Source: Pseudomonadota bacterium (GTDB lineage Bacteria > Pseudomonadota > Gammaproteobacteria > Burkholderiales > Rhodocyclaceae). Taken from it: DNA of 64,000 nt. Below, one piece after another: positions 35,972 through 48,357 of this stretch. Position numbers and translations under genes: made by a program. The stretch spans positions 7,932 to 71,931 of the forward strand of contig CAUJIV010000049.1 in assembly GCA_963205435.1 (NCBI GenBank). Reading direction: 5' to 3'. Every line of letters starts with the position of its first letter. Position 1 is the first letter of the stretch. The notes under the pieces were generated by a model, which had not been told where the DNA came from, searched no databases, and worked only from the letters and a program-made list of their open reading frames with translations.

Positions 35972-37645
35972 TCAGCCCTGCTTCGCCAGCGCCTCGTCGC
36001 GCAGCGCCCGGCGCAGGATCTTGCCGACGTTGGTCTTCGGCAATTCGTCGCGGAACTCGACCAGACGCGGCACCTTGTAGCCGGTGAGGTTCTCCTTGCA
36101 ATGGGCGATCAGCGCCTCGGCGGTCAGGGCCGGATCCTTGCGCACGACGAACAGCTTGACCGCTTCGCCCGACTTCGGGTCGGGCACGCCGACCGCCGCC
36201 ACTTCGAGCACGCCCGGATGGGTGGCGACCACTTCCTCGATCTCGTTCGGATAGACGTTGAAGCCGGAAACGAGGATCATGTCCTTCTTGCGGTCGACGA
36301 TGCGCACGAAGCCCTGGGCATCCATGATGGCGACGTCGCCGGTGCGCAGGAAGCCGTCGGACATGATCACCTTGGCCGTTTCGTCCGGCCGGATGTAGTA
36401 GCCGCGCATCACCTGCGGGCCGCGCACGCACAGCTCGCCCGCCTCGCCCAGCGGCAGGTCGTTGCCGGCGTCGTCGCGAATGGCGACCTCGGTCGAGGAA
36501 ACCGGCAGGCCGATGGCGCCGTTGTATTCCGTCAGGTCGAGCGGGTTGATGGTCGCCGCCGGCGAGGTCTCGGTCAGGCCGTAGGCCTCGATCAGCGGGA
36601 TCCCCGTCACCTCCTTCCATTTCAGCGCCACCGGCTTTTGCACCGCCATGCCGCCGCCGAGAGCGATCTTCAGCCGGCTGAAGTCGAGCCGGGCGAAATC
36701 CGGATCGTTGAGCAGGGCGTTGAACAGCGTGTTCACCCCGGTGATGGCGTCGAAGGGGTGTTTGGCCAGTTCCTTGACGAAGCCCGGGATGTCGCGCGGA
36801 TTGGTGATCAGCAGATTGCTCCAGCCGATCTTGAGGAAGGTCAGGCAGTTCGCCGTCAGCGCGAAGATGTGGTAGAGCGGCAGGGCCGTGACGACGGTGC
36901 CGGTCTCCGGCATGAAAGGCTTGAGCCAGGCATGCGCCTGCTGCAGGTTGGCGATGATGTTGCGATGCGTCAGCATGGCGCCCTTGGCCACGCCCGTGGT
37001 GCCGCCGGTGTATTGCAGGAAGGCGATGTCCTCGTGGCCGACCTTGACCTCGCGGAAATCCTGCCGCGCGCCGCGCGCCAGGGCGTCGTTGAAGCGCACC
37101 GCGCCTGGCAGGCGCCAGGCCGGCACCATCTTCTTGACATGGCGGACGACGAAATTGACGATGGCGCCCTTGGGAAAGCCGAGCATGTCGCCGAGGCCGG
37201 TGACGATGACATGCTTGACCGGCGTCTCGGTCAGGCACTCCTGCAGCACGCTGGCGAAATTCTCGACGATGACGATCGCCTCGGCGCCGGAGTCCTTCAG
37301 CTGGTGGGCCAGCTCGCGCACCGTGTACAGCGGGTTGCAGTTCACCACCGTGTAGCCGCCGCGCAGGATGCCGAAGATGCTCACCGGATCCTGCAGCAGG
37401 TTGGGCATCATGACGGCGACGCGCGCGCCCTTCTGCAGGCCGAGCGACTGCAGGTAGGCGGCGAAGTCGCGCGTCAGCCCGTCCAGCTCGCCATAGGTGA
37501 GCGACTTGCCCATGTTGGTGTAGGCGACGCGGTCGCGGAACTTGCGCACGCTGCGCTCGAACAGCTGCCCGATCGACTCGAACTCATTGACGTCGATCTC
37601 CGCCGGCACGCCGGTCGGATAGCTCTTCAGCCAGATTTTCTCCAT
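35972..37645 (-). CDS. fadD: Long-chain fatty acid--CoA ligase
   Basis: [44 protein letters not shown]. Confidence 0.95.
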   Translation of the reverse strand: MEKIWLKSYPTGVPAEIDVNEFESIGQLFERSVRKFRDRVAYTNMGKSLTYGELDGLTRDFAAYLQSLGLQKGARVAVMMPNLLQDPVSIFGILRGGYTVVNCNPLYTVRELAHQLKDSGAEAIVIVENFASVLQECLTETPVKHVIVTGLGDMLGFPKGAIVNFVVRHVKKMVPAWRLPGAVRFNDALARGARQDFREVKVGHEDIAFLQYTGGTTGVAKGAMLTHRNIIANLQQAHAWLKPFMPETGTVVTALPLYHIFALTANCLTFLKIGWSNLLITNPRDIPGFVKELAKHPFDAITGVNTLFNALLNDPDFARLDFSRLKIALGGGMAVQKPVALKWKEVTGIPLIEAYGLTETSPAATINPLDLTEYNGAIGLPVSSTEVAIRDDAGNDLPLGEAGELCVRGPQVMRGYYIRPDETAKVIMSDGFLRTGDVAIMDAQGFVRIVDRKKDMILVSGFNVYPNEIEEVVATHPGVLEVAAVGVPDPKSGEAVKLFVVRKDPALTAEALIAHCKENLTGYKVPRLVEFRDELPKTNVGKILRRALRDEALAKQG

Positions 37646-37731
37646 CGCATCCTCTTCAGGCAGGCGCCGTCGCGCCGAATTGTTGGATTGGGTCTTCCGC
37701 CGCCGGCCCGTGCGCGAGCGGGCGACGAGAG

Positions 37732-38181
37732 TCAGCCGCCATTGGCCTCGGCCGGCAGATCGTGGATGTACGCCTTCAGCATGCGGTTCTCGAAGCTCTG
37801 CTCGTCGAGCACCGCCCGCGCCACGTCGTGGAAGGAGATGACGCCCAGCAGCAGGCTGCGGTCCATCACCGGCAGGTAGCGCATGTGGTGGGTGACCATG
37901 ATGCGGCGCAGATCCTCCACTTCGATATCGGGGGCGGAAACGACGGGATCGCGCACCATGATGCCGGAGACCTGCTGTTCACCCCAGGCCGCGCCGCCCC
38001 GCTTGACCGCCTTGAGCACTTCGCGGAAAGTCAGCATGCCGACCATATGGCCGGCGTCGAAGACGACGAGCGAGCCGACGTCGTGCTCGGTCATGGTCGT
38101 CACCGCGTCGGCCAGCGTCTGGTTGGGCGCGATGGTGAACAACGCCTGGCCCTTGATCTCGAGAATTTTCCTGACCTGCAT
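37732..38181 (-). CDS. CBS-domain protein
   Basis: Tandem CBS pair (VGSLVV...GMLT; YLPV...GVISFHD). Confidence 0.9.
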   Translation of the reverse strand: MQVRKILEIKGQALFTIAPNQTLADAVTTMTEHDVGSLVVFDAGHMVGMLTFREVLKAVKRGGAAWGEQQVSGIMVRDPVVSAPDIEVEDLRRIMVTHHMRYLPVMDRSLLLGVISFHDVARAVLDEQSFENRMLKAYIHDLPAEANGG

Positions 38182-38226
38182 GCCGTCCCTCCCCCGTTTT
38201 TATTGATGTGCGACCGCAGCTTCATC

Positions 38227-41200
38227 TTAGTCCATTGCGCTGCCCGGGGAAAGACCGGCGGGCGGGACCTCGAGGAAGCCGCCGTCGGCGAAAATCAGGG
38301 CGCAGCGCACCGGCCGTCCCGGGTAGAGACGGCCGACCGCGGATCGGTAGGCCTCCAGTTGCGCGCCATAGGCGTCGAGCAGGACTTCGTCCGGCCGGCC
38401 GCTCTTGTAATCCAGCACCCAGAAGCCGTCCGCCAGTTCGACCAGGCGGTCGATGCGCCCGACGGTGCCGTCGGCCAGCACGAACTCGGCCTCGTTGAGG
38501 GCGCACACATGGGCGGCCGGATCGAAGAAGTCGCGCAGCCGCGGCGCCTCGAGGATGGCGCGGGCCGCGGCGCGCAGGGCCGGCCATTCTGCCGGCGCGA
38601 TGCCCGGCGGCGCCCGCCCGGCTTCACCCCCGGCACTGAGCCAGTCGAGGGCGGCATGCAGTCGCTTGCCGTACGACATGCCGGGGCTGGCGCCCTCCAG
38701 CCGATGCCCGACTGGTGGGCAATCCGGCGCAGGCGCGACAGCCGCTGCAGCCGCCGGCCCCTTTGCCGGCGCAGGCGCGGCGAGCAGCGCCTCGCCATGG
38801 ACGCTGCCGCCGCCCAGGCCCTCGAGTGCGGCCGCCAGGCGCTGCCAGAAGCTGGCCTTGGCGCTGTTGCGCTCCGTCGCGATGCCACTGGCGAAGAAGT
38901 ACTGGCGCGCGCGCGTCATCGCCACATAGAGCAGATTGAGCTCCTCGCGCGCCGCCTGCTCCGCCTCGGCCTCGATCCATTGCGCGCGGCGCGCACCCAG
39001 CTCGGCCTTGCGCCCGAGCACGGAGAAATGCACCGGTCCCGGCGATTGCGGCGGCCAGTTCACCAGCAGGGACCATGCCTCAGCGGGCTCGTGCGTGGCG
39101 TGGGCGTCGACCAGCCAGACGATCGGCGCCTCGAGGCCCTTGGCGCCATGTATGGTGAGCAGCCGCACGCGGTCGCCGCCCGACTCCGCCTGGATCGTTC
39201 CTTCGTCGGGCGCGTCCTCGCCGCCCGCCGAATCGAGCCGCGCCAGTTCGTCGAGGAAACGCGGCAGGCTCGGATAGCGGCCGGCATCGAGGCGAAGAGC
39301 CAGCGCCAGGAAGGCCTCGAGATTGGCCGCCACGCCCGGCCAGAGCGCCGCCGGCACGGCGCTGCGGTAGCGCGCCAGCAGTTCGCCTTCGTAGTAGATG
39401 CGGTCGAGCAGGTCATGCACCGGCAGTCTCGCCGCGGCCGCGTGCCAGCCGGCGAGCAGCCGCGCGGCGCGCGCGAGCGTTTCCGGGCCGCCGGCGCAGG
39501 CCTCCAGGCGCTGCCACCAGCCGGATTCGGGCCGCCGCGCCAGCAGCAGGAGGTCGTCGTCGCTGGCGCCGAGGACGGGCGTGCGCAAGGCATGGGCCAG
39601 CGCCAGGTCGTCGCCGGTCGCCACCAGGCAACGCAGCAGCGCGGCGAGGTCGGCCGCTTCCAGCGTGCGCAGCAGGCCGCCGCGCCCGGCGCTGTCGCAG
39701 GGGATGCCCGCGCGGCGCAGCGCCCGCTCGATTTCGCCGAGGGCGGCGCGGCGGCGGGCCAGCACCATGATGTCGCCATGGCGGGCGGGCCGCGGCTTGC
39801 CGTCCATCTCGTCTTCCACGCTCCAGCGGCCGACGATTTCGGCGATGCGGCAAGCCAGTTGCGCCGCTTCGTCGCGGCGGCGGCCGTCCTCGATCGGCGT
39901 CTGCGCGATGGCGAGCGGATCGCGCAGACCCTGCGCGGCCGCCGCCGCGGGCTCCTTGCCGCACAGCGGCAACAGTTCGACGCGGCCGGCCCGGCCGGGC
40001 GCCAGGCTGCGATGCCGCCGGAAGTGGGGCAGCAGCCGCTCGCCGTCGAAGACGCGGTTGATCACCTCGACCAGGACCGGCGCGTTGCGCCGTGTCTCGT
40101 CCTGGGCCAGCCGCTGCGCGTCGAAGCGCTCGCCCAGGAAAGCAGCGGCGCAGTCGAAGACGCGCGGCTCGGCGCGGCGAAAACGGTAGATCGACTGCTT
40201 CGGGTCGCCGACCAGGAAGATCCGCGGCCGGGCGGCATCCTCGACGCCATAGGCGGCCAGCCAGTCGAGCAGGATGCGCCACTGCAGCGGGTTGGTGTCC
40301 TGAAACTCGTCGAGCAGGATATGGCGGTAGCGCGCGTCGAGGCGCGCCTGCAGGAAGGCCGCGCCGGCCTCGTCGGCGAGCATGCGCGCCACCTGCAGCT
40401 CGAGGTCGGCGAAGTCCATCAGCCGGCGCTCTTGCTTGTGCCGTTCCAGCATCTCCAGCCAGGCCGCGCCGGCGATGAACGCATGCCGGTTAAGTTCATG
40501 CGCCTGTTCCTCGCGCAGGGCGTCGCGCGTATCCAGCACCCGCTGGCAGAGACGGCCGTGCAGCTCGACCAGGCGGGCGGCCCGCACGCTGCCGAAGCGC
40601 TTGTCGAGAGCCTTGGCCGGCTTCCTCTGGCGCGGCTCGCCCTCCCCGGTCAGCAGTGCGGCGGAGATGGCGGCGAAGCGCGCCTCCTCGCCCGCGTCGG
40701 TGAACGCCTTGGCCAGCGTGGCGGCCAGCTGCCGGTCGCCCTCCAGATCGCTGCTCTGAAGGATGGCTTCGTATTCGTGGAGCTTGCGCATGAACAGCTC
40801 GTCGCCCAGCAGCGTGGCCAGGGCGGCGGGCGCCTCGCCGACGCCGAGGCAGTCGCGCAGCCGCTGCAGGGCGCGCGCCGGCGCCTTGCCACCCTCGCCG
40901 GCAAAGGCCTGCCATTCGGCGCGACGCCTGGCCAGGCCGAACATCAGCTCGCGCGCGCCCTCCAGGCCGCAATTCTGCAGCAGCCAGAGCAGGGAGGCCG
41001 TTGCCGCGTCGTTGCGCCGGCCGCGGGCGTCGGCGAAAAGCTGCCAGACCTCCCCCATCAGGCCGGCGTCCGACTCGTGCAGAACGAAACCGGCCAGGCC
41101 GCTCGTCAGCGGCGCCCCCTGCACGAGGCGGGCATACCAGCCATGGAAGGTGCTGACGGTCAGCGGCGGGGCCGCCGTCAGCACGCACTCGTAGAGTCGG

Positions 41201-41505
41201 CGCGCCCGCGCCACCGCGTCGCCGATCTCCTGCGCCGGCACGCCGCGCTCGAGCAGGAAGTCACGCGCCTCGTCTTCGCTGCCGGTTGCCAGCTCGCGCA
41301 GCCAGCGGGCGAGCCTCTCCTCGATTTCCCGAGCGGCCTTTCGGGTAAACGTGATCGCCAGGACCTGCCCGGGCGCGACACCGTCGAGCAGCAGGCGCAG
41401 GATGCGCGAGACGAGCAGCCAGGTCTTGCCGCTGCCGGCGCAGGCCTCGACCACGACGGATTGGCGCGGATCGAGGGCCTCGCGGATGATTTCCGGCGCG
41501 CTCAC
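38227..41505 (-). CDS. addA: AddA-like UvrD helicase with C-terminal PD-(D/E)XK nuclease
   Basis: ACAGSGKT, LDEFQDT, VGDPKQSIYRFR, TIHGAKGLE, YVAMTRA, GRIDRL..LDYK; GTG start overlaps the upstream stop. Confidence 0.9.
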   Translation of the reverse strand: MSAPEIIREALDPRQSVVVEACAGSGKTWLLVSRILRLLLDGVAPGQVLAITFTRKAAREIEERLARWLRELATGSEDEARDFLLERGVPAQEIGDAVARARRLYECVLTAAPPLTVSTFHGWYARLVQGAPLTSGLAGFVLHESDAGLMGEVWQLFADARGRRNDAATASLLWLLQNCGLEGARELMFGLARRRAEWQAFAGEGGKAPARALQRLRDCLGVGEAPAALATLLGDELFMRKLHEYEAILQSSDLEGDRQLAATLAKAFTDAGEEARFAAISAALLTGEGEPRQRKPAKALDKRFGSVRAARLVELHGRLCQRVLDTRDALREEQAHELNRHAFIAGAAWLEMLERHKQERRLMDFADLELQVARMLADEAGAAFLQARLDARYRHILLDEFQDTNPLQWRILLDWLAAYGVEDAARPRIFLVGDPKQSIYRFRRAEPRVFDCAAAFLGERFDAQRLAQDETRRNAPVLVEVINRVFDGERLLPHFRRHRSLAPGRAGRVELLPLCGKEPAAAAAQGLRDPLAIAQTPIEDGRRRDEAAQLACRIAEIVGRWSVEDEMDGKPRPARHGDIMVLARRRAALGEIERALRRAGIPCDSAGRGGLLRTLEAADLAALLRCLVATGDDLALAHALRTPVLGASDDDLLLLARRPESGWWQRLEACAGGPETLARAARLLAGWHAAAARLPVHDLLDRIYYEGELLARYRSAVPAALWPGVAANLEAFLALALRLDAGRYPSLPRFLDELARLDSAGGEDAPDEGTIQAESGGDRVRLLTIHGAKGLEAPIVWLVDAHATHEPAEAWSLLVNWPPQSPGPVHFSVLGRKAELGARRAQWIEAEAEQAAREELNLLYVAMTRARQYFFASGIATERNSAKASFWQRLAAALEGLGGGSVHGEALLAAPAPAKGPAAAAAVAPAPDCPPVGHRLEGASPGMSYGKRLHAALDWLSAGGEAGRAPPGIAPAEWPALRAAARAILEAPRLRDFFDPAAHVCALNEAEFVLADGTVGRIDRLVELADGFWVLDYKSGRPDEVLLDAYGAQLEAYRSAVGRLYPGRPVRCALIFADGGFLEVPPAGLSPGSAMD

Positions 41506-44246
41506 GCGCCGTCCTCCGCCGCAGGCGCCAGGCTGGCGTCCGCGGCGTGGTAGTCCTTGCGGCAGAGGCCGCGCATTTCGCAGACAGCACAAACGGCATC
41601 GATGCCGTGCGCGGGCAGCGCGGCGCCGCGACGCAGCGCGCCGATGACGGCTGCCAGCCGGGCGCCCTGCGCCTGCGCCATGGCCTGCGCCCCGGCGAGG
41701 GGCACCTCGACGGGCTTGTCGCCGTCGAGTCCGACATAGGCCGCCTCGGCGACATTGCCGCCCTGCAGCAGCACATAGCTCGACAGCTGCGCGTCCTCGC
41801 CGGGATCGCGCAGCCGCTTCTTCAGCTTCTGCGCGTCCTGCGTCTTGAAATCAAGCACCGCCTCCGACCCGCCATCGCGCCGGTCGAGCCGGTCGATGCG
41901 GCCGTGGAGCGCCAGCTCGGCGCCGTCGTCAAGCGCCAGGCGGACCTCGCGCTCCAGCTCGCTGCCGGCGTAGCGCCAGCCGGCCGCTTCGCGCCCCTTC
42001 TGCCAGGCGATGTAGCCGGCCGCGCGCTGGAGCCAGCGCGCCAGCCAGGCATGGCCGAGAAAGTTCCGCGCGATCTCAGGGGCAAAGACCTCGCGGCTGA
42101 TCGATTCAAGCTTGGTCGCCAGCACGTCTTCGGCCAGTCCCGTGACGCGGGGATGGACGGCATGGAAGCGCTGCAGGATGCGATGGACGAACTCGCCGTA
42201 GTCGCGCTTCTCGAGCGCCTCTCGCACTTCTTGCGCTTCCGACAGGCCGAGCATGCGGCGGGCGAAGAACTGATAAGGGCAGGCGAGCAGGCTGGCATGG
42301 GCGCTGGCCGATACGCGCAGCGGCACGAGCTGCGGCGCCCGCGGCCGCGGCATGGCGGTGCCCCGGCCCGAAGCCGCGTCGCCGATGGCCGGCGCCGGTG
42401 GCGCATCCTGCAGATCCTTGCCCCAGGCGCGGGCATGGAAGGCGCGGAGCAGATCGAGCTCGGGACTGAGCAGGTTCTGCTCGTCGTCGCGCCGCAGCTG
42501 CCAGGTGGCCGTCACCTCGCCGCAGGAGGCGACCAGTCCGGCGAGGTCGTCGCGCAGGCGCGCCCGCGCCTCGGCCGGCAGCGACAGGCCGAGCTCCTCG
42601 CGCACCGCCGGGTGATCGAAGACGCCGCGCGAGCGCTGCGGCGCCAGGTTGTCGCGGTCGGCGCCGATGACGACGGCCGCATCGAAGCGGCGCAGCCGGG
42701 TGGCCGCCAGATGCGTCATGACGACCGGGCTGTCGATGCCGCGATCGACGAAGGCGGCGCCCTCCAGCTCGCGGTTCAGCCACTCGCGCCACTCGCCGAA
42801 GCCCAGCCGCGCCGGCACCGCGGCCAGTTCCTCTCGCCGCGTGCGCAGCAGTTCGAGCAGGGTGGCGCCTGCGGCGTCCGCCGCCAGGCTCGCCAGGGCG
42901 CCCAGCTCGGCCAGCGCCTGCTCGAGGCCGTCCAGCCAGCCGGCGAGCGAAGCCTCGTCGCGAGGCATTTTCCGCCGTGCGCCGGCCATGCGGCCCAGCA
43001 GGAGGAGCGCCTTCTCGTGGCCCGGAACACGCGCCAGCGTCGTCCTGCAGCGCTCGATGCCATGGATGAGGTTGTGGCGCGCCAGCCCGCCTTCCAGCTG
43101 CAGCAGCCCGGCCTGGCGGTCCGGTTCGGGCAGGTCATCGAACACGAACGGCGACTTGGCGAGGTCGAGCAGATCGCGATGGTAGCCGTCGGCGACATGC
43201 ACCTCGAGCCAGGCGTCGACCAGGGCCGCCGCCCGCGTCGTGGACAGCTTCCAGCCGGTCTCGTCCCGCACCAGGACGCCGTCGCGCTCAAGCAGGGCGC
43301 GGGCGCGTCGGGCGGCCGCGCGGTCGGCCGCCACCAGGGCGATGTCGCGGCGGCCTCCGGCAAGCCAGCGCTTCACTTCCGCCGCGACGGCGGCGGCTTC
43401 CGCTTCCAGGCTTTCGGCACCCAGCAGGCGCAGGCGGCCTGACAGCGGACTCTCCGGCCAGGCGCGTGCGGCCGCGGCCGCGCGCGCATCGAGCGGCGCA
43501 TCGTCTGCCGCCCCGGGCGGCCAGGCCAGGTTCAGCGCCTGCAGGAGCGGATCCTCCGCCGCCGCGCGCTCGGGCTGGAAGAGCAGCGCGTTCTGGCGGG
43601 CGGACCAGGCCTGGCAGAAAGCCCGCTCGACAGGACGCGGAGCGCCGTCGCAGAGCACGAAAAGCGGGCCGGCGGCCCGCGTCGCCAGTTCGGCCAGCAT
43701 CAGCGCCATGGCCACCTGCCGACTCGGCGGTCCCGTCGCCTCCGCCCGCCACAGCCGATGCACCAGTTCCGCTTCGAAGCGCAGCGGCTGCGAGCCGCGC
43801 GCGGCATAGGCCCGTTCGAGGCGGTCGACGAACTCGGCCTCGTCCCGCGGCAGGCTGCTGGCGCGCTCGTTGAGCTCGTCGAACAGGGCCAGCAGCTCGG
43901 CGCCGATCTCCCACAGTGCGCTGCCGGCGAACCAGCCCTGCCCGCGCAGCAGCCGGTAGAGCAGCAGCTGGCGCCGGCTGTCGGGCACGCCGCGCTCCTG
44001 CCCGGCGCTCGCCAGTTGCTCCAGGGTAGCGATGCGCGGCAGCAGGATCGCCCGGCCGGCGGTCGCCGCCAGGGCCTGGCGCAAGGCCGGCGCGAGCAGA
44101 GGGCTGGGCAGGACGATCAGCGCGCCGGAAAGGTCGGGCAGGTGGCCCGACAGCTCGGCGACGATGCGCCGGGCGCAACGCGCGAGCCCGTCCGGACCGA
44201 GCGGAACGGGGTGGAGCGCGGCATCATTGTGGGCGGCCTCGGGCAT
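41502..44246 (-). CDS. addB: AddB-like PD-(D/E)XK nuclease partner
   Basis: CPYQFFA, GRIDRLD..LDFK, CxxC(5x)C Fe-S cysteines; coupled to addA. Confidence 0.85.
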   Translation of the reverse strand: MPEAAHNDAALHPVPLGPDGLARCARRIVAELSGHLPDLSGALIVLPSPLLAPALRQALAATAGRAILLPRIATLEQLASAGQERGVPDSRRQLLLYRLLRGQGWFAGSALWEIGAELLALFDELNERASSLPRDEAEFVDRLERAYAARGSQPLRFEAELVHRLWRAEATGPPSRQVAMALMLAELATRAAGPLFVLCDGAPRPVERAFCQAWSARQNALLFQPERAAAEDPLLQALNLAWPPGAADDAPLDARAAAAARAWPESPLSGRLRLLGAESLEAEAAAVAAEVKRWLAGGRRDIALVAADRAAARRARALLERDGVLVRDETGWKLSTTRAAALVDAWLEVHVADGYHRDLLDLAKSPFVFDDLPEPDRQAGLLQLEGGLARHNLIHGIERCRTTLARVPGHEKALLLLGRMAGARRKMPRDEASLAGWLDGLEQALAELGALASLAADAAGATLLELLRTRREELAAVPARLGFGEWREWLNRELEGAAFVDRGIDSPVVMTHLAATRLRRFDAAVVIGADRDNLAPQRSRGVFDHPAVREELGLSLPAEARARLRDDLAGLVASCGEVTATWQLRRDDEQNLLSPELDLLRAFHARAWGKDLQDAPPAPAIGDAASGRGTAMPRPRAPQLVPLRVSASAHASLLACPYQFFARRMLGLSEAQEVREALEKRDYGEFVHRILQRFHAVHPRVTGLAEDVLATKLESISREVFAPEIARNFLGHAWLARWLQRAAGYIAWQKGREAAGWRYAGSELEREVRLALDDGAELALHGRIDRLDRRDGGSEAVLDFKTQDAQKLKKRLRDPGEDAQLSSYVLLQGGNVAEAAYVGLDGDKPVEVPLAGAQAMAQAQGARLAAVIGALRRGAALPAHGIDAVCAVCEMRGLCRKDYHAADASLAPAAEDGA

Positions 44247-44563
44247 GGCCGGCGTGGCGATGTTTTTCCGGATGGCAGAAACGGCAGGGCGCTTCGCGCC
44301 AGGTTCGAACGGCAGCGGAGGGGATGTTAGCACGGCTGCTTACGCCCCCTCGCCGATGCGCAGCAATCGCCGGCCGGGCAGGGGCCGGCGCCCGCGGCGC
44401 CTGCCGGAAACGCGCTTCCCTTGGCGCGACTTTTTCGCTACGATGCTCGCAGGTTGTCGGGCACCCGGCAGGTCACGCCCCGGCACCCGCCCTGCAGCAC
44501 CCAGAACCAGACTGTTCCTCCGGCGTCGTTTCGGCCGGCCACCCGACAGATTGAGAGGTCATC

Positions 44564-44890
44564 ATGAGCGAGCACATTCACTATGTCACCGATGCCAATT
44601 TCGAGGCGGAAGTGCTGCAGTCGGCAACCCCCGTTCTGGTGGACTACTGGGCCGAGTGGTGCGGCCCGTGCAAGATGATCGCCCCGATTCTCGACGACGT
44701 CTCCAAGGAGTACGCCGGCAAGATCAAGGTGGCCAAGCTCAACATCGACGACAACCAGGAGACACCGGCCAAGTTCGGCATCCGCGGCATCCCGACCCTG
44801 ATGCTGTTCAAGAACGGCAATGTCGAGGCGACCAAGGTCGGCGCCCTGTCGAAATCCCAGCTGACCGCCTTTATTGACAGCAATCTGTGA
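44564..44890 (+). CDS. trxA: Thioredoxin 1
   Basis: [11 protein letters not shown]; upstream of rho. Confidence 0.98.
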   Translation: MSEHIHYVTDANFEAEVLQSATPVLVDYWAEWCGPCKMIAPILDDVSKEYAGKIKVAKLNIDDNQETPAKFGIRGIPTLMLFKNGNVEATKVGALSKSQLTAFIDSNL

Positions 44891-45054
44891 AAGCCTTAGA
44901 GTTCACGTAATCTCCCCGCGCCGCGGCAGGACGAGCGGTATCCCGGCGGCGCGGATTCGGTCGCAAGCTCCCAGAAAAGTTCCAAAACCGGAAAATCTCC
45001 TCCGAACTCTCGCAGTTCACCCTTCCGTATCACCACCTCATCCCTGATTCCCTT

Positions 45055-46314
<1,260 letters not shown>

Positions 46315-46402
46315 GCGCGCATTGCAAAAACACCGGATTTCGAAGATAATTTGCGGTTTCCAGGGGCCGCCACATCCGCGGCCCCGTTTCAGCGAGGACA
46401 GC

Positions 46403-46621
46403 ATGAAAGCCGACATCCATCCCGAGTACGCCGAGATCGAGGTGACCTGCAGCTGCGGCAACCAGTTCAAGACGCGCTCGACCAGCGGCAAGCCGCTGCA
46501 CATCGAGGTCTGCTCGGCCTGCCATCCCTTCTACACCGGCAAGCAAAAGATCGTCGACACCGCCGGCCGCGTCGAGCGCTTCCGCCAGAAATACGGGACG
46601 CGCAAGCAGGCTTCGGCCTGA
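46403..46621 (+). CDS. rpmE: 50S ribosomal protein L31 (Zn-binding type A)
   Basis: [23 protein letters not shown]. Confidence 0.98.
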   Translation: MKADIHPEYAEIEVTCSCGNQFKTRSTSGKPLHIEVCSACHPFYTGKQKIVDTAGRVERFRQKYGTRKQASA

Positions 46622-46638
46622 GCGCGCGGGCGCAACGG

Positions 46639-46669
46639 AAAAAGGCAGCTTCGGCTGCCTTTTTGTTTT
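46639..46669 (+). terminator. Intrinsic terminator after rpmE
   Basis: AAAAAGGCAGC-TTCG-GCTGCCTTTTTGTTTT. Confidence 0.9.
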
Positions 46670-46731
46670 GACCAGGAGGGTCTTCGGTACAATCCCCCTG
46701 CCGGCACTTCAGACACCGACTTCCGCGAAAC

Positions 46732-48357
46732 ATGCCCTCGCCGCGCCTGCCCATCGCCTTCCCGCCGCGCGGCATCGCCCTGACCGCCCTCTGCGCGCTT
46801 TACCTGCTGGCCGGTCTCGTCGGCCACGATCCCTGGAAAAACGAGGACGCCACGCACTTCGGCGTCGCCTTCTCGATGATCGAGGGCGGCGGCTGGCTGG
46901 TGCCGCGCCTGGCCGGGGAAGCCTGGCTCGACTCGCCGACTCTTTACTACTGGGTCGCCGCGCTGCTCGGCAAGGCCTTCGCCGCCTTCCTGCCCGTGCA
47001 CGACGGCGCCCGCCTGGCCTCCGGCCTGTTCGTCGGCCTCATGCTGGCCTGCCTCGCCGGCACGGCGCGGCTGCTCGCCGGCCGCGAGGCGGCGCGGGGC
47101 GCCGCGCTGGTCGGCATCGGCGTGCTCGGCCTGCTGGTGCATGCGCATGAGAGCCAGCCGGCCACCGCCCTGCTGGCCGCCACGGCGGCGCTCTACCTTG
47201 GCCTCGCCCTGTCGACGCGGCATGCCGCGCGCGGCGGGGCGCTGGCCGGCATCGCCCTCGCCGGCGGCTTCCTCGCCGCCGGCCTGCAGGCGCTGCTGGC
47301 GCTGGCGCCGCTGCTCCTGCTGCTGCCATTCCTCGGCCCGCAGCCGCGCGCCGGCCGGGCAGGGCGCGCGCTGCTGGCGGCGCTGCTGGTCGCTACGCCC
47401 CTGATCCTCGCCTGGCCGATGGCGCTGCAGCGGCATGACCCAGCCCTCTTCGCGCGATGGTGGAGCCTGGAACTGGCCGGCCTGCAGCCGCAGGACGGCT
47501 GGCTGCAGGCGCTGTGGGCCTGGCTCAAGCTGCTCGGCTGGTTCGCCTGGCCGGCCCTGCCGCTGGCGCTGTGGACCCTGTGGAAGGAGCGGCGGCGGCT
47601 GGCCGCGGCGCACATCCTGCTGCCGCTCGCTTCCTTCCTCGCTCTCCTGCTGGCGCAGACCGCCTTCTACGGCCCGCGCAGCCTGAATGCGCTGCCGCTG
47701 CTGCCGCCGCTGATCCTGCTCGCTGCGCCGGCAACCCTGTCGCTGCGCCGCGGCGCCGCCAATGCCTTCGACTGGTTCGGCATGATGACCTTCAGCCTGC
47801 TCGCCGGGCTGATCTGGCTCGGCTGGCTGGCCATGGTCGCCGGCACGCCGGCGCAGATCGCCAAGAACTTTTCCCGCCTCGAGCCGGGCTTCGTCGCCCG
47901 CTTCTCGATGCCAGCCTTCGCCGCCGCGCTGGCGCTGACACTGGCCTGGCTCTGGCTGATCTTCGCCAGCCCGCGCGCGCCGCAGCGCGGCGCCGCGCAC
48001 TGGGCCGCCGGCGTCGTGCTGTGCTGGGGCCTGCTCGTCGCGCTATGGACGCCGTGGATCGATCACGGCCGCAGCTACCGGCCGGTGTTCGCCGGCCTCA
48101 AGGCCGCCCTGCCGGCGGTGCAGACCTGCATCAGCGGCCAGGGCCTGAGCAGCCCCCAGCGCGCCTCTCTCCATTACTTCGCCGGCATCGTGCTGCAGCC
48201 GGAAGGCAGCCGCGCGTCCGCCGCCTGCCGGCTTTACCTGGTTCAAGGAACGGCGCGCAACCCGCGCTTGCCGCCGGGCAAGGGCTGGCGCAAGATATGG
48301 GAAGACCATCGGCCAAGCGACCGCAACGAACGCTTCCAGCTCTACTTCAGGCCATGA
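46732..48357 (+). CDS. ArnT/PMT-family (GT-C) membrane glycosyltransferase
   Basis: GHDPWK.ED, P.LYYW; many TM helices. Confidence 0.8.
   Translation: MPSPRLPIAFPPRGIALTALCALYLLAGLVGHDPWKNEDATHFGVAFSMIEGGGWLVPRLAGEAWLDSPTLYYWVAALLGKAFAAFLPVHDGARLASGLFVGLMLACLAGTARLLAGREAARGAALVGIGVLGLLVHAHESQPATALLAATAALYLGLALSTRHAARGGALAGIALAGGFLAAGLQALLALAPLLLLLPFLGPQPRAGRAGRALLAALLVATPLILAWPMALQRHDPALFARWWSLELAGLQPQDGWLQALWAWLKLLGWFAWPALPLALWTLWKERRRLAAAHILLPLASFLALLLAQTAFYGPRSLNALPLLPPLILLAAPATLSLRRGAANAFDWFGMMTFSLLAGLIWLGWLAMVAGTPAQIAKNFSRLEPGFVARFSMPAFAAALALTLAWLWLIFASPRAPQRGAAHWAAGVVLCWGLLVALWTPWIDHGRSYRPVFAGLKAALPAVQTCISGQGLSSPQRASLHYFAGIVLQPEGSRASAACRLYLVQGTARNPRLPPGKGWRKIWEDHRPSDRNERFQLYFRP

Noticed and set aside
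38227-44246. Helicase plus Cas4-like nuclease pair as a defence system
   Set aside because: Domain order, Fe-S cysteines and position beside trxA-rho match housekeeping AddAB.
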